From a bacterium (GTDB lineage: Bacteria > UBA8248): a stretch of DNA of 64,000 nucleotides. Below are positions 41,450 through 53,500 of the stretch, piece after piece. Numbering within the stretch: the stretch's first letter is position 1; every line of letters starts with the position of its first letter. The notes under the pieces are model-generated. The model saw only the letters and a list, made by a program, of their open reading frames with translations, had not been told where the DNA came from and ran no database searches. Where the stretch lies: the NCBI GenBank assembly GCA_965199855.1, contig OZ241326.1, positions 2,144,001 to 2,208,000 on the forward strand, read 5' to 3'. Position numbers and translations under genes: made by a program.

Positions 41450-41744
41450 CGGAATCATCATCCTTCCCGCGAGAGCGATGGAAGCATCCTGCTTCGGGCT
41501 GCGACCTCCTTTCGGGCGGCTCGATGCGGCGATCCGCGCGGGCGAATCGCCTTAACGACTGACTTTGGCCTCCCCCACCCGGCCGGGGCCCCCGCCTCGC
41601 GCATCAGGAGCAATCATCCCAAAAACGTTTCTCGGAGCCGCGGCCCCCAAGTCGGCGCCGACCGGCCCGAAAAGCCCCACGCGAGGAGGCAAAGGCGCGG
41701 CGCCCCGGCCGCCCGCTCCCCGAAAATCACGCGCGCGGCGCGCT

Positions 41745-43547
<1,803 letters not shown>

Positions 43548-43684
43548 CTGTTCGCGCAGCCTCGCTTTGGGAAAAAGAGAATCGCCGCCGCGCGAGGGCG
43601 TCCGCCGCCCTTGCCGTCGTCGGCGCGAAATTGACGGAAAGAAGGCATCCTACACCGGCTCGGGGAGCGGGATCAACCCGCAAC

Positions 43685-44398
43685 TCACGCATCCTCAACA
43701 ACTTCCCCATACGCCAGGCGGATTTTCTCTAACATGGCGCCGAGCACCTGGTCAACGCCCATCCTGGTCGTCTCTATCTCCTCGGCGTCCTCGGCGCGGC
43801 GCAGCGGCGCGGCGCTTCTGCCTCGATCCCGCTCGTCCCTGCGCTTGAGGTCTTCCCGAAGGCTTTCGCGGTCGAAGGAAATCCCCCGCGCCTCGAGCTC
43901 GGCGAAGCGCCTGCGGATGCGCACCTCGATGTCCGCGTCGAGAAAAAACTTGACCCTCGCCTCCGGGAAAACCACCGTGCCGATGTCGCGCCCGTCGATG
44001 ACGGCGCCGCGCCGCCGCCCGAAGCTTCTCTGAAAATCGAGCAGCGCCTCGCGCACCGCCGGAATGGCGGACACGACCGAGGCCGCGTCGCTTATCTCCT
44101 CCTCCCGAAGGGCGTCGGTTACGTCCTCGCCATCCAGATAGTTCCGCCAGGCGCCCCCCTCCCTCCTGCACTCGAAGCGAAGCGCGCGCGCGGCGCCGAC
44201 CGCCCGCGCCTCGAGATCGCCCTCCCCGCTCTCCCGCAGCGCCTGATAGCCCACCGCCCGGTAGAGCGCGCCGCTCTCCAGGTAGTCGAAGCCCAGCCTC
44301 TCCGCAATCCCCTTGGCGGCCGTGCTCTTGCCCGAGCCCGCGGGGCCATCCACGGGAATGACGATGCCCGCGGATTCGCGGCGCGGCTCCGCGCTCAA
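43685..44398 (-). CDS. cmk: Cytidylate kinase
   Basis: DGPAGSGKST, SGALYR, DGRDIGTVVFP; TTG overlaps tyrA stop. Confidence 0.93.
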   Translation of the reverse strand: MSAEPRRESAGIVIPVDGPAGSGKSTAAKGIAERLGFDYLESGALYRAVGYQALRESGEGDLEARAVGAARALRFECRREGGAWRNYLDGEDVTDALREEEISDAASVVSAIPAVREALLDFQRSFGRRRGAVIDGRDIGTVVFPEARVKFFLDADIEVRIRRRFAELEARGISFDRESLREDLKRRDERDRGRSAAPLRRAEDAEEIETTRMGVDQVLGAMLEKIRLAYGEVVEDA

Positions 44399-45255
44399 GC
44401 CCAGCCCTTTTCGCGCGCCCATTCGTCGCGCCCCTCCCTGGCGCGGCGAAACGCGCGCTCGAGTGCCTCCGAGTCCCCCTCCTCCACGAAGCGGCGAAGC
44501 GCGGCCAGCTCCCGCTCGAAGACGTCGAGCGAGCCCAGGAGCGCCTCGCGGTTGTCCTCGCAGATTTCGCGCCACATTTCGGGCCCCGAGGAGGCGATGC
44601 GGGAAAAATCCCGGAACCCGCCCGCCGCGTAGGGCAGGCCCGGCCCCTCGAGGGCGGCGTTCATCATGGCGTAGGCGAGCAGATGCGGCAGGTGGCTGAC
44701 CTCGGCCATCACGCGGTCGTGGGTATCGGGGTCGAGAACGTCCACCCGCGCGCCCACCCCCTCCCACAGCGCGCGCAGACGCCCGAGCGCCTCCGGGTCG
44801 CTTCTCTCCGTCGGCGTCAGGATGGTCTGGCGGCCCTCGAAGAGAGAGGAGAAACTCGCCTCCACGCCCGACTTCTCGGAGCCGGCGACGGGATGCCCCG
44901 CCACGAACCTGACCTCTCCCAGCTCCATCGCCTCCACCGCGCGCGCGTAGGGCGCCTTCACGCTCCCCACGTCAGTGAGCAGGGCGCCCGGCGCCATGCG
45001 GGGCAGAATCGCTTCCGTCACCCGCACCGCCGCCCGCACCGGGGTGCACACCACCACGAGGTCGGAATCGCGCGCGGCCTCGCGGTGATCCGTCTCGACG
45101 CGATCCACGACGCCCAGCGCGAGGGCGCGCGCCAGGTTGCCCGGGCTTCTTCCGGCGCCCACGAAGCGGGAGACGAGGCCCCTCTCCCGCGCGGCGCGCG
45201 CCAGCGAGCCGCCGATGAGGCCCACGCCGATAATCGTCATCTGCTCGAAAATCAT
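44395..45255 (-). CDS. tyrA: Prephenate dehydrogenase
   Basis: GVGLIGGSLA, TDVGSVK, GHPVAGSE, HD...A.VSHLPH. Confidence 0.93.
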   Translation of the reverse strand: MIFEQMTIIGVGLIGGSLARAARERGLVSRFVGAGRSPGNLARALALGVVDRVETDHREAARDSDLVVVCTPVRAAVRVTEAILPRMAPGALLTDVGSVKAPYARAVEAMELGEVRFVAGHPVAGSEKSGVEASFSSLFEGRQTILTPTERSDPEALGRLRALWEGVGARVDVLDPDTHDRVMAEVSHLPHLLAYAMMNAALEGPGLPYAAGGFRDFSRIASSGPEMWREICEDNREALLGSLDVFERELAALRRFVEEGDSEALERAFRRAREGRDEWAREKGWA

Positions 45256-45406
45256 CCGGCAATCCCTCGCGTCCGGGCCTTCCCGGTTCGCCCCGGTCCC
45301 GGGCGGTGAGGCGACCGGGGCCGGCGACGCCCGCAAGACGCCCGGCGAACCCTCCCCGGCCCCTATCGAAAATACAGGAGGTTATGCCCGCATCTTATTG
45401 TTGTGA

Positions 45407-46495
45407 CTAAATTTTCAACACTTTTGAAAGCGCTCCCACGATGCGCTCGTTCTCCTCCGGCGTCCCGATGGAAATCCGCAGGTGGCGCGGAAAGCCGTAT
45501 CCCGCCACGGGCCTGACGATGACGCCTTCGCGCAGCAGCGCCTCATATACCCGCGCCCCCTCGCCCACCTCGACCATGATGAAATTCCCCTGCGTGGGCA
45601 CGAAGGGAAGCCCCATCGCCGAGAGTTCATGGACGAGATATTCCCGGCCCTCGGCGTTGACCGCCACTGTCCGCTCGACGTGCTCGACGTCCTCGAGAGC
45701 GGCCCGCGCGGCCGCCAGCGCCAGGGAGTTCGCGTTGAACGGCTCCCGAACGCTCTCCATCGCCTCGGCGACCTCGGCGTCCGCCGCGCCGTAGCCGATT
45801 CGCAGGCCGGCCAGCCCGTAGGCCTTCGAGAAGGTGCGCATGGCCACCAGGTTCGGAAACTCGCCCAGCATCTTCGGGGCGTCGGGGTAGTCCTCCAGAT
45901 GCGCGAAGTGGCAATACGCCTCGTCCATCACCACGAGGGCGGATGGGGGAATTTTTCGCAGAAACGCCCGCAGCCTCTTCTCGCCCACCGCCGTGCCCGT
46001 GGGGTTGTTGGGGTTCGCCAGAAAGACGATTTTCGTCTTCTCGCAGACGAGGGACGCCATGGCGTCGAGGTCCTGGTGATAGTCGCGCATCGGCGCGCGC
46101 CTGATCTCGCAGGCGCTGAGCTGCGAGACGATGTGATAGACGATGAAGGCGCCCTCGGAGAACACGACCGGATCCCCGGGGTCGAGATAGGCGTGGGCGA
46201 GAATCTCCAGCGCCTCGTTCGTCCCGTTGCCCAGAACGAAATTCTCCGGCGCGAGCCCGTGATGCGCGGCCAGCGCGTTTTTGAGATAAAAGCCCCCGCC
46301 GTCGGGATAGCGGTGCAGCCCGGAGAGGGCACGCTTCATCGCCTCCATCGCCTTCGGCGAGGGTCCCAGGGGGTTTTCGTTCGAGGCGACCTTGACGGAG
46401 CCGGCTATCCCCAGTTCGCGCTCGAGCTCCTCCACCGGCTTGCCCGGCTGATAGACGATGATGTCCGAAACGGGCCGCGCCCTTCGATATTTCAT
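45407..46495 (-). CDS. hisC: Histidinol-phosphate aminotransferase
   Basis: YQPGKP, SNENPLG, NPNNPTG, RTFSKAYGLAGLRIGY. Confidence 0.94.
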   Translation of the reverse strand: MKYRRARPVSDIIVYQPGKPVEELERELGIAGSVKVASNENPLGPSPKAMEAMKRALSGLHRYPDGGGFYLKNALAAHHGLAPENFVLGNGTNEALEILAHAYLDPGDPVVFSEGAFIVYHIVSQLSACEIRRAPMRDYHQDLDAMASLVCEKTKIVFLANPNNPTGTAVGEKRLRAFLRKIPPSALVVMDEAYCHFAHLEDYPDAPKMLGEFPNLVAMRTFSKAYGLAGLRIGYGAADAEVAEAMESVREPFNANSLALAAARAALEDVEHVERTVAVNAEGREYLVHELSAMGLPFVPTQGNFIMVEVGEGARVYEALLREGVIVRPVAGYGFPRHLRISIGTPEENERIVGALSKVLKI

Positions 46496-46570
46496 CCCCT
46501 CTCCCCATCCTGCCGGCGGCGCGGGGCGGCCGCGCGTCCGGCGCGCCGCCGCCCTCGGGAAAACCGCCCC

Positions 46571-47392
46571 TTACTGCGTCACCGGGTATGACCCCAGCAC
46601 GCGCAGGAAGTCCACCCGGCTTTTCAGCCCGGAAATTCCCCGGGCGAGCGGGGCGTCCTCCGCGTGGCCGTCGATTTCCATATAGAACACGTACTCCCAC
46701 GCCTCCTTGCGGGAGGGGCGGGATTCGATTTTCGTCATGTTCAGCTCCCGCTCGGCGATGGGGGCGAGCGCCTTGTGGAGCGCGCCGGATTCGTTTCGGA
46801 GGCCGAAGAGCAGGCTCGTCTTGGAATGCGCCCCGCGCTCGGGCTCCTCCGCGCCGATGACGAAAAAGCGCGTGACGTTGATGCGCTCGGAGTCGAGCTT
46901 CTCCTCCAGCACGCGCAGGCCGTAGCGGGCGGCCGCCAGACGGCTGCCCAGGGCGGCGAGGCGCGCGTCCTCCGCCGCCATCTTCGCCGCGAGCGAGGTG
47001 CTCGCCACCTCCTCGACCGGCACGCCCGCCGCCCTCTCGCGCAGCCAGCGGCGGCACTGCGCTACCGCGTGGGGGTGGCTGAGAATGCGCTCCACCTCCC
47101 GAACCGAGCCCGCGTTCGTGAGCAGGTGAATGTCGATGGGAAGGCGTATCTCGCCCGTCGGCCGCAGGGGGGAGTCCACCAGCCTGTCCAGGGTGATGTT
47201 GACGGTGCCCTCGATGGCGTTCTCTATCGGCGCGACGCCCCACCGGGAGCGGCGGCTTTCCGCCGCGTCGAACACGGCGTCGATGCTGGGCTCGGGGGCG
47301 AGCGCGGCCCCCTCGCCGAAGCGCAGAAGCGCGGCCTCGTGCGTGAAGGTGGCCTCGGGCCCCAGATAGCTCACTCTCGGCAAATCGCTCAT
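46571..47392 (-). CDS. pheA: Prephenate dehydratase (no chorismate mutase domain)
   Basis: YLGPEATFT, PIEN, SHPHA..QC, TRF, IESRP, LGSYP. Confidence 0.92.
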   Translation of the reverse strand: MSDLPRVSYLGPEATFTHEAALLRFGEGAALAPEPSIDAVFDAAESRRSRWGVAPIENAIEGTVNITLDRLVDSPLRPTGEIRLPIDIHLLTNAGSVREVERILSHPHAVAQCRRWLRERAAGVPVEEVASTSLAAKMAAEDARLAALGSRLAAARYGLRVLEEKLDSERINVTRFFVIGAEEPERGAHSKTSLLFGLRNESGALHKALAPIAERELNMTKIESRPSRKEAWEYVFYMEIDGHAEDAPLARGISGLKSRVDFLRVLGSYPVTQ

Positions 47393-47542
47393 GGCGCGAA
47401 ACCCGCCTTCCCCTGAAGCCTCGTGCGCGGAAACCGCGCTATCCTACCCCAGCGTCCGGCGATTGTGAACGCGCGGACGCTCTGGCAGACTGGGGCGCGC
47501 GTCCATCGCGCCGTTCATCCGGATCTCTCGCGGGGAGGAGCC

Positions 47543-48676
47543 ATGAAAATCACGGACGTGGAGGCGTATACGCTCACCGGCCCGCCGGAGGAGCGCGGAC
47601 ACTGGGTGAGCCACTACCCCGTCCACCAGGCGAACGAGCTGCTCGTGCGGCTCAGGACGGACGAGGGGATCGAGGGCTTCGGCCTCGGCAGCAGCCGCCT
47701 GCTCATCAAGGGCGCGGCCGAGATGTTCGGCGGGGGACTCCGGGACTTCATCCTGGGACAGGACGCCCTCGCTCCCGAGCGTCTGTATGAAAAAATCTTC
47801 TCCATCACCCACCAGAAGGTCGCCTACCAGAAAGAATGGGCGCGGAGCGCGCTGCTCATCGCCGCGGCGGCCGTGGACATCGCCATGTGGGACATCATGG
47901 GCAAGGCCGCCGGCCAGCCCCTGTTCCGCCTTTTCGGGGGCTACCGGGAGGAGGTTCCCTGCTACGTAACCTGCGCCTACTACCGGGACGGCAAGGGACT
48001 GGACGAGCTGCGCGAGGAGATGGAGATGCTGCGCGGCCAGGGGCACCGGGCGTTCAAGGCGAAGATCGGCGGCGCCCCGCTCGGGGAGGACATGGCGCGC
48101 CTGCGCGTCGTCCGGGAGGTCATCGGCGAGGACGCCGACCTCATGCTCGACGTGAACGGCGCGTGGGATCTGCCCACCGCCATCGAGGGCGCGCGCCTGC
48201 TGGAGGAGATTCGCCCCCGGTGGCTCGAGGAGCCCGTGCGCTGGTTCGACGACCGCCGCGAGCTGAAAATCCTCTCGCGGAAGACGAACATCCCCCTCTC
48301 CGCGGGCGAGAGCGAGCAGACCCCGCACGGGGTCCGCGCCCTGCTGGAGGAGGGCGCCGTAGAGGTCGCGCAGTTCGACTGCACGCGCATGGGCGGGTTC
48401 ACCATGGGGCGGAAGCTCGCCGCGCTGGCGGAGCTCAACCACGTGGAGGTCGCCCCCCACCACGACTGCTTCCTCCACGCCCACGTCGTGGCCGCCTCGC
48501 CGGCGGGCCTCGTCGTGGAGTCCTTCACGGACCCCGAGCGCGACCCGCTCCAGGCCGATCTGTTCGAGAACCCGCCCCGCATCGAGAACGGGACGCTTTA
48601 TCTCAACGACGAGCCGGGGCTGGGCCTCGCGCTTTCGGAGAAGGCGGTGGCGAAGTTCGGAGCGCGGGCGGCGTGA
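47543..48676 (+). CDS. Mandelate racemase/muconate lactonizing enzyme family enolase
   Basis: RBS GGAGGAG; DIAMWD, KAKIG, DVN, EEP, GE metal ligands. Confidence 0.9.
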   Translation: MKITDVEAYTLTGPPEERGHWVSHYPVHQANELLVRLRTDEGIEGFGLGSSRLLIKGAAEMFGGGLRDFILGQDALAPERLYEKIFSITHQKVAYQKEWARSALLIAAAAVDIAMWDIMGKAAGQPLFRLFGGYREEVPCYVTCAYYRDGKGLDELREEMEMLRGQGHRAFKAKIGGAPLGEDMARLRVVREVIGEDADLMLDVNGAWDLPTAIEGARLLEEIRPRWLEEPVRWFDDRRELKILSRKTNIPLSAGESEQTPHGVRALLEEGAVEVAQFDCTRMGGFTMGRKLAALAELNHVEVAPHHDCFLHAHVVAASPAGLVVESFTDPERDPLQADLFENPPRIENGTLYLNDEPGLGLALSEKAVAKFGARAA

Positions 48677-48715
48677 GGGCGCGAGCGGCTCCCCCGCCGT
48701 CGGCGCTCGCCGCCG

Positions 48716-49606
48716 CTACAAATGCTTCCCGAACCAGGCGACGGCCTCGACCATGCCGATTTCGTGATGCGCGGGGCTGCAGAAGAAATAGGATTCGTAG
48801 TGCTGGGCGCCGGGCAGCTTCACGATCTTCTTCGGCTCGCCGCAGGCCTCGTAGCATCTGATCTGCTGATCCACCGGGACGAGATAGTCGTTCTCCGAGT
48901 AGATGAACATCACCGGGCGCGGGGCGATGCGCCCCGCCACCCACTCGGGCTTGCAGCGCCAGCAGGCCTCGGCGCTTTGCAGGTCGTAGTCCTTCACGTA
49001 GTCGCCGTGCTTCTGGTGATGCTCCTGAATCACCCGGAGGGTGTGGGGGTCGCAGAGCATGATTTCGGGAAGCGGCATCGTGGTCGGCTCGCCGGTGGCG
49101 ACCCGCCTGCGGGCGGCCTCCATCACCTTCTCGCGGAAGGCGGCCCACTCGTGCGGCCTTCGCACCGAGCGCATCCAGCGCTCCCCCTCGTGCACCCCGA
49201 CGGAGGAGACCACCGCCTTCACGCGCTCGTCGAAGGCCGCCACCCAGATGGCGTTCGCCCCCCCGAAGCTCGTCCCGTATATGCCGATGCGCCCGGGGTC
49301 CACGCCCTCGACCGTCTCCAGGTAGGTGATGGCGTCGTAGGTGTCCTGGGCCTGCTCCAGAGGGCGCTGGCGGCCGCGCTCGCCCTCGCTCTTGCCGAAG
49401 CCGCGGTGGTCCGGCGCGAGGACGAAGTAGCCCTCCTCCCAAAGGCGCCGCGGCGCGTCCATGCCATAGACCTCCTTCATCCCGCTGTAGCCGTGCAGGC
49501 AGATGACGGCGGGCCGCGCCGCGTCGCCCGCCCGCCAGTCCCCGGGCGCATAGAGGTGGGCGGCTATCCTGAGTCCGTCGCTGTAGTAGAAAATTTCCTC
49601 ATACAT
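48716..49606 (-). CDS. Alpha/beta hydrolase
   Basis: HGYSG, DHRGFGKSEG, GTSFGG nucleophile elbow. Confidence 0.9.
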   Translation of the reverse strand: MYEEIFYYSDGLRIAAHLYAPGDWRAGDAARPAVICLHGYSGMKEVYGMDAPRRLWEEGYFVLAPDHRGFGKSEGERGRQRPLEQAQDTYDAITYLETVEGVDPGRIGIYGTSFGGANAIWVAAFDERVKAVVSSVGVHEGERWMRSVRRPHEWAAFREKVMEAARRRVATGEPTTMPLPEIMLCDPHTLRVIQEHHQKHGDYVKDYDLQSAEACWRCKPEWVAGRIAPRPVMFIYSENDYLVPVDQQIRCYEACGEPKKIVKLPGAQHYESYFFCSPAHHEIGMVEAVAWFGKHL

Positions 49607-49765
49607 GCGGATTCCCCCTGCGGGCGCGCGGCGCGCCGCTCTTTTTCGGGGCCGGGAGGCGGTCGCGCCCCCGGCGAGGCTTGTCCGTAGAATCTTTCGG
49701 GGAATTGTAGGCGAAATCCCGACAAAAGCCAAAAGCGGACCGCCGGGGGACGCCTTCGCGGGAAC

Positions 49766-50075
49766 GAGGCGCGACAATCCCGCAGGGGCGGTTCGGGAAC
49801 CGCCCGTCCCGCCATAAACGGGAACGGCGTGGGACGGATGAATGCGTCCCCTACAAAATCAAAATCGCCACCGCCCGTAGGGGGCGCGAATTCGCGCCCC
49901 GTTGCGGGCCCGGCGATAACGCGGGGCGGATCGTAGGGACAATCCCCCGTTGTTGTCCGCGCCGCATCCGCATCCCGCCGGGGCGCGACCATCCCCGTAG
50001 TCGTTCGGGAACGACCCGCCGCCTGTGGTGCGAACGCCTCTTGAATGCGGGCGGCTCGCGAGCCGCCCCTACGAA
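49766..50075. repeat. REP-like mosaic module copy 2
   Basis: Same ordered hairpins and linkers as 1862-2161 (AACGGGAACGGCG..GGGACG..ATGCGTCCCCTACAAAATCAAAATCGCC...GTAGGGGGCGCGAATTCGCGCCCC...GTAGGGACAA...). Confidence 0.88.
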
Positions 50076-50140
50076 GGCATAAAATCCGCGCCCATCCCCG
50101 GCGAGCGGCGCGGCGGCGCGAATCCTCCGGAAATCGCTGC

Positions 50141-50170
50141 TTGTCTCCCGCGCCTCTCCGCGTATATGAT
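50141..50170 (+). promoter_or_regulatory. Distal sigma70-like promoter candidate
   Basis: TTGTCT-N18-TATGAT, upstream of RBS GAGGAGG (50196) and ATG (50210). Confidence 0.4.
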
Positions 50171-50216
50171 GGGGGAGAATCATCCGCTTTTCCACGAGGA
50201 GGATCCGCGATGCCGT

Positions 50217-50245
50217 TTGCCTTCGCCGCGAGCCTGCGGCATACT
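50217..50245 (+). promoter_or_regulatory. Proximal sigma70-like promoter candidate; predicted TSS at the start of the octamer array
   Basis: TTGCCT-N17-CATACT. Confidence 0.45.
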
Positions 50246-50249
50246 GCGC

Positions 50250-50542
50250 CCGACTCACCGACTCACCGACTCACCGACTCACCGACTCACCGACTCACCG
50301 ACTCACCGACTCACCGACTCACCGACTCACCGACTCACCGACTCACCGACTCACCGACTCACCGACTCACCGACTCACCGACTCACCGACTCACCGACTC
50401 ACCGACTCACCGACTCACCGACTCACCGACTCACCGACTCACCGACTCACCGACTCACCGACTCACCGACTCACCGACTCACCGACTCACCGACTCACCG
50501 ACTCACCGACTCACCGACTCACCGACTCACCGACTCACCGAC
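50250..50542 (+). repeat. Perfect octamer tandem repeat (CCGACTCA)x36 + CCGAC
   Basis: 293 nt of uninterrupted 8-mer, ending 17 nt before the autotransporter GTG. Confidence 0.98.
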
Positions 50543-50559
50543 ATGAAAAGGAGCGCGCC

Positions 50560-53500
50560 GTGAGACGAAAGAAGCGGGCCGCCGTCCTCGCCCCGGGCCT
50601 CCTCGCGCTCCTGCTCTGCGCGGGGGAGGCGGCGGCGCAGACCGCCGTGTGCAGCAGCACGCCCGCCGCGAACCAGAGAATCAGCTGCGTCGAGGGCATC
50701 GGCAGCGCGAGCGACATCCGCATCGACGCGATGAACCTCGCCATCTCGCTGACGGCCGCTACGAACGACGGGGTGTATTTGCGGCATGACGGCTCGGGCG
50801 CCATCGACGTCGACCTGACGGGCGGCGCCATCACGACGACGGGCGCGCAATCCTACGGCGTCGCCGGCGTGCGCCTGGGCCCGAGCGGCGCCACCGACAT
50901 CACCCTGAAGAACATCGCCGTCAAGACGAGCGCCGGACGCGCCTGGGGCGTGGTGGTCGATCGGAAAACCGGGACGGGCGACATCGGCATCGACGTTCAG
51001 GGCGGCTCCATCGAGACGGAGGGAGCCCGCAGCGCGGCCGTCCACGCTTTTCAGCGGGGCTCCGGCGGCATCGATATCGACGTGAAGACCGCCGCCCTCA
51101 CGGTCGGCGGCGAGGAGGCCTTCGCCATCTACGGCCTTCGCTCGGGCGCGGCGGGCGACATCGACATCAGCGTTCAGGGCGGCTCCCTCGAGACGAAGTC
51201 TTCCTTCGCTCACGCCATCTACGCCAAGGCGGAGTTCGCGAGCGCCGCCGAGGCGGGCGGAGACATCGCCGTCAAGGTGACGGACGCTTCCGTGACGACC
51301 CGGGGAGCGTTCTCCTACGGCGTCTCCGCGGAGCATCTGGGCAAGGGCGAGGTCGCCGTCGAAGTGTCGGGCGCCGCCGTCGTCGCGGCGGAGGGCGGGA
51401 ACGGCGTCGGCGTCCATGCCCATCACGGCAAGCGCGCCGAGATCGCCGGCGGCGACACCACCGTCGATGTCACGATCGGCGCAGACGCGCGGATAAGGGC
51501 GCCCTTCGGCGTCGGCGTCCATGGCCGGCTGGGCCTCGACAACGCGGCGGGCGTCTCCGTCACGCACGGGGGCGTCATTGAGGCGCGCGACGCCGGCGTC
51601 CTCGCCTGGGCGGCGCGAGCGAGCGGCTCCGCTGCGGACAACGCGGCGAGAACGGCGCCGATGATTCACGTCGCATCGAGCGGGAACATTGCGGTCGGCG
51701 CGGGCGTGATGGACGCCTACGTCCGCGAATTCGCGGCGGGGGCGGACGGGACGCTCTCGGCGGCGGAGCGGGCCGTTCTGGACGCCATCGAGGCGGAGAA
51801 TTCGACCGCGCTGAATACGGCGCTCGCCGCGCTTCCCGCCTCCTATACGGACGACTGGAAGGCGCGCGCGCGAGGCTTTTTGAGCGCGCGCGGCCGGGGC
51901 GCGACGGATCAGACGGCGTCAACCGTAAGCGCGGCGGACGCGATCGTGCCGGGGGAGTCGTCGGCCCAGGTTCTGGGCTTCTCCCTCTCGGCCGTGAAGC
52001 CGACGGACGCGGGCATGGCGGCGGAGGCCGCGGCGCGAGGGATTCTGGGCCTCTCTCTCGCGGGGATTCGCGCCCTGGCGCTTTCCCATACCGCCATCGC
52101 CGATTACGTCCGACAAGGGGATCGGGACCCGGCGATTCTCGCCATCGCCGAGGCGTCCCGCACGACGCAGCAGAAGGCTGCGCTGGCGGCGCAGGAGCTT
52201 CTCTCGGCCGCCGAGCGGACGGTGCTGGCGGCCGTCCTGACGGGGGGCGACCTGGCGGCGGCGCTCGCCGCGCTTCCGGCCGCCTATACGGACGACTGGA
52301 AGGACGGCGTCCGCAGACATGCGGCGAGCTACAACGCGGGGAATATCCGCGTGGACGTTGAGGGCGGCGCGATAACCGCCGAGGGAAACGGCGCGGAGGC
52401 GCTCTACGCGGTTCCGCATGAGAGGAACGGGGCCATAGCGGTGAACGTAGCCGAGGGCGCGAGCGTCTCGGGCGGCGCGAACGGGCTCTATCTTTCAGGC
52501 GCCGGCGCGGGCGATGGGAATTTCCGCGCGCAGAGCGTCTCGATTGACGGGGAGGTGACGGGCGGAGACGGCGCGGGCGTCTATATGAAGGGCGGCGGCA
52601 GGCTGACGGTGGGCGCGACGGGCAGCGTGGGCGCGGAATCGGGCGTCGCCATCCTGGCGGACGGGCCGGGCGATTTTCACGCGGAGATCGCGGGGGAGGT
52701 CGAGGGCGGCGTCCGAAGCGAGGGCGCGGGCGACTTCACCGCCGAGATCTCCGGCATGGTGAGCGGCGACATCCACGCCGCGGGCGATCTGACGGCGACG
52801 ATTTCGGGGACGGTAACGGGCGACGTTCGGAGCGCGGGCGACCTCATGGCGACCATCTCCGGCGCGGTGGACGGGAACATAGAGGGCCTGGGCGCGGGCG
52901 ATCACGTGGTCTCCGTCTCCCGGGGCGGGGTCGTGACGGGCGAGATTCATCTGGCGGCGAGCGAGGTGCGCGTGGACGGAACGGTCGGCGTCGTGCGCCT
53001 CGACAGGGGCGGGATGGTCTCGATTGGCCCGGCGGCCGTCATCCGGGGCGTGGACGGCGTGGCGGTTCGCTCCTCGGGGGGGGCGGCGTCGCGTCTCCAT
53101 TTCAGCATGAGCCTGCCCCGCGATCGCCTCATCCGGGACGCCATCGGCGACGCCTGGATCATCAACGACGGGGGCGGGACGGACATACTCGTCAACGGCG
53201 TGAAGCTGCACGACGCGGAGCGGGGCGCGACGGGCCTCGCGGCCCAGATCGGGGGGCGGGCCGTGACCGTGCGGTCGAGCGAAGTCATTCTGGACAGGGA
53301 CTTCTCCGCGCTGGACTTCATCGACGCGCTCACCCCGCGCGCGGGGGTCTATGAGGCGTTGCCGGGGCTTCTGCTTCGCATGGAGAGCGGGCGGGCGCGG
53401 GAGGCGAGGACGACCGCGGAGGGCTCGCCCGTCTGGGTTCGCCTCTCGGCGGCGGAAGGCTCGCGCGGGGCGAAGCGCTCCACTTCCGCCTCGAAATACG

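Noticed and set aside
50250-50542. Octamer array as a CRISPR array
   Set aside because: No spacers, the unit is only 8 bp, and there are no cas genes nearby.
50025-50563. ORFs 50025-50546 and 50045-50563 as functional repeat proteins
   Set aside because: They are open mainly because the 8-mer has no stops, and their starts lie in REP sequence without an RBS. Only the RBS-bearing ATG at 50210 is kept, as a hypothesis.
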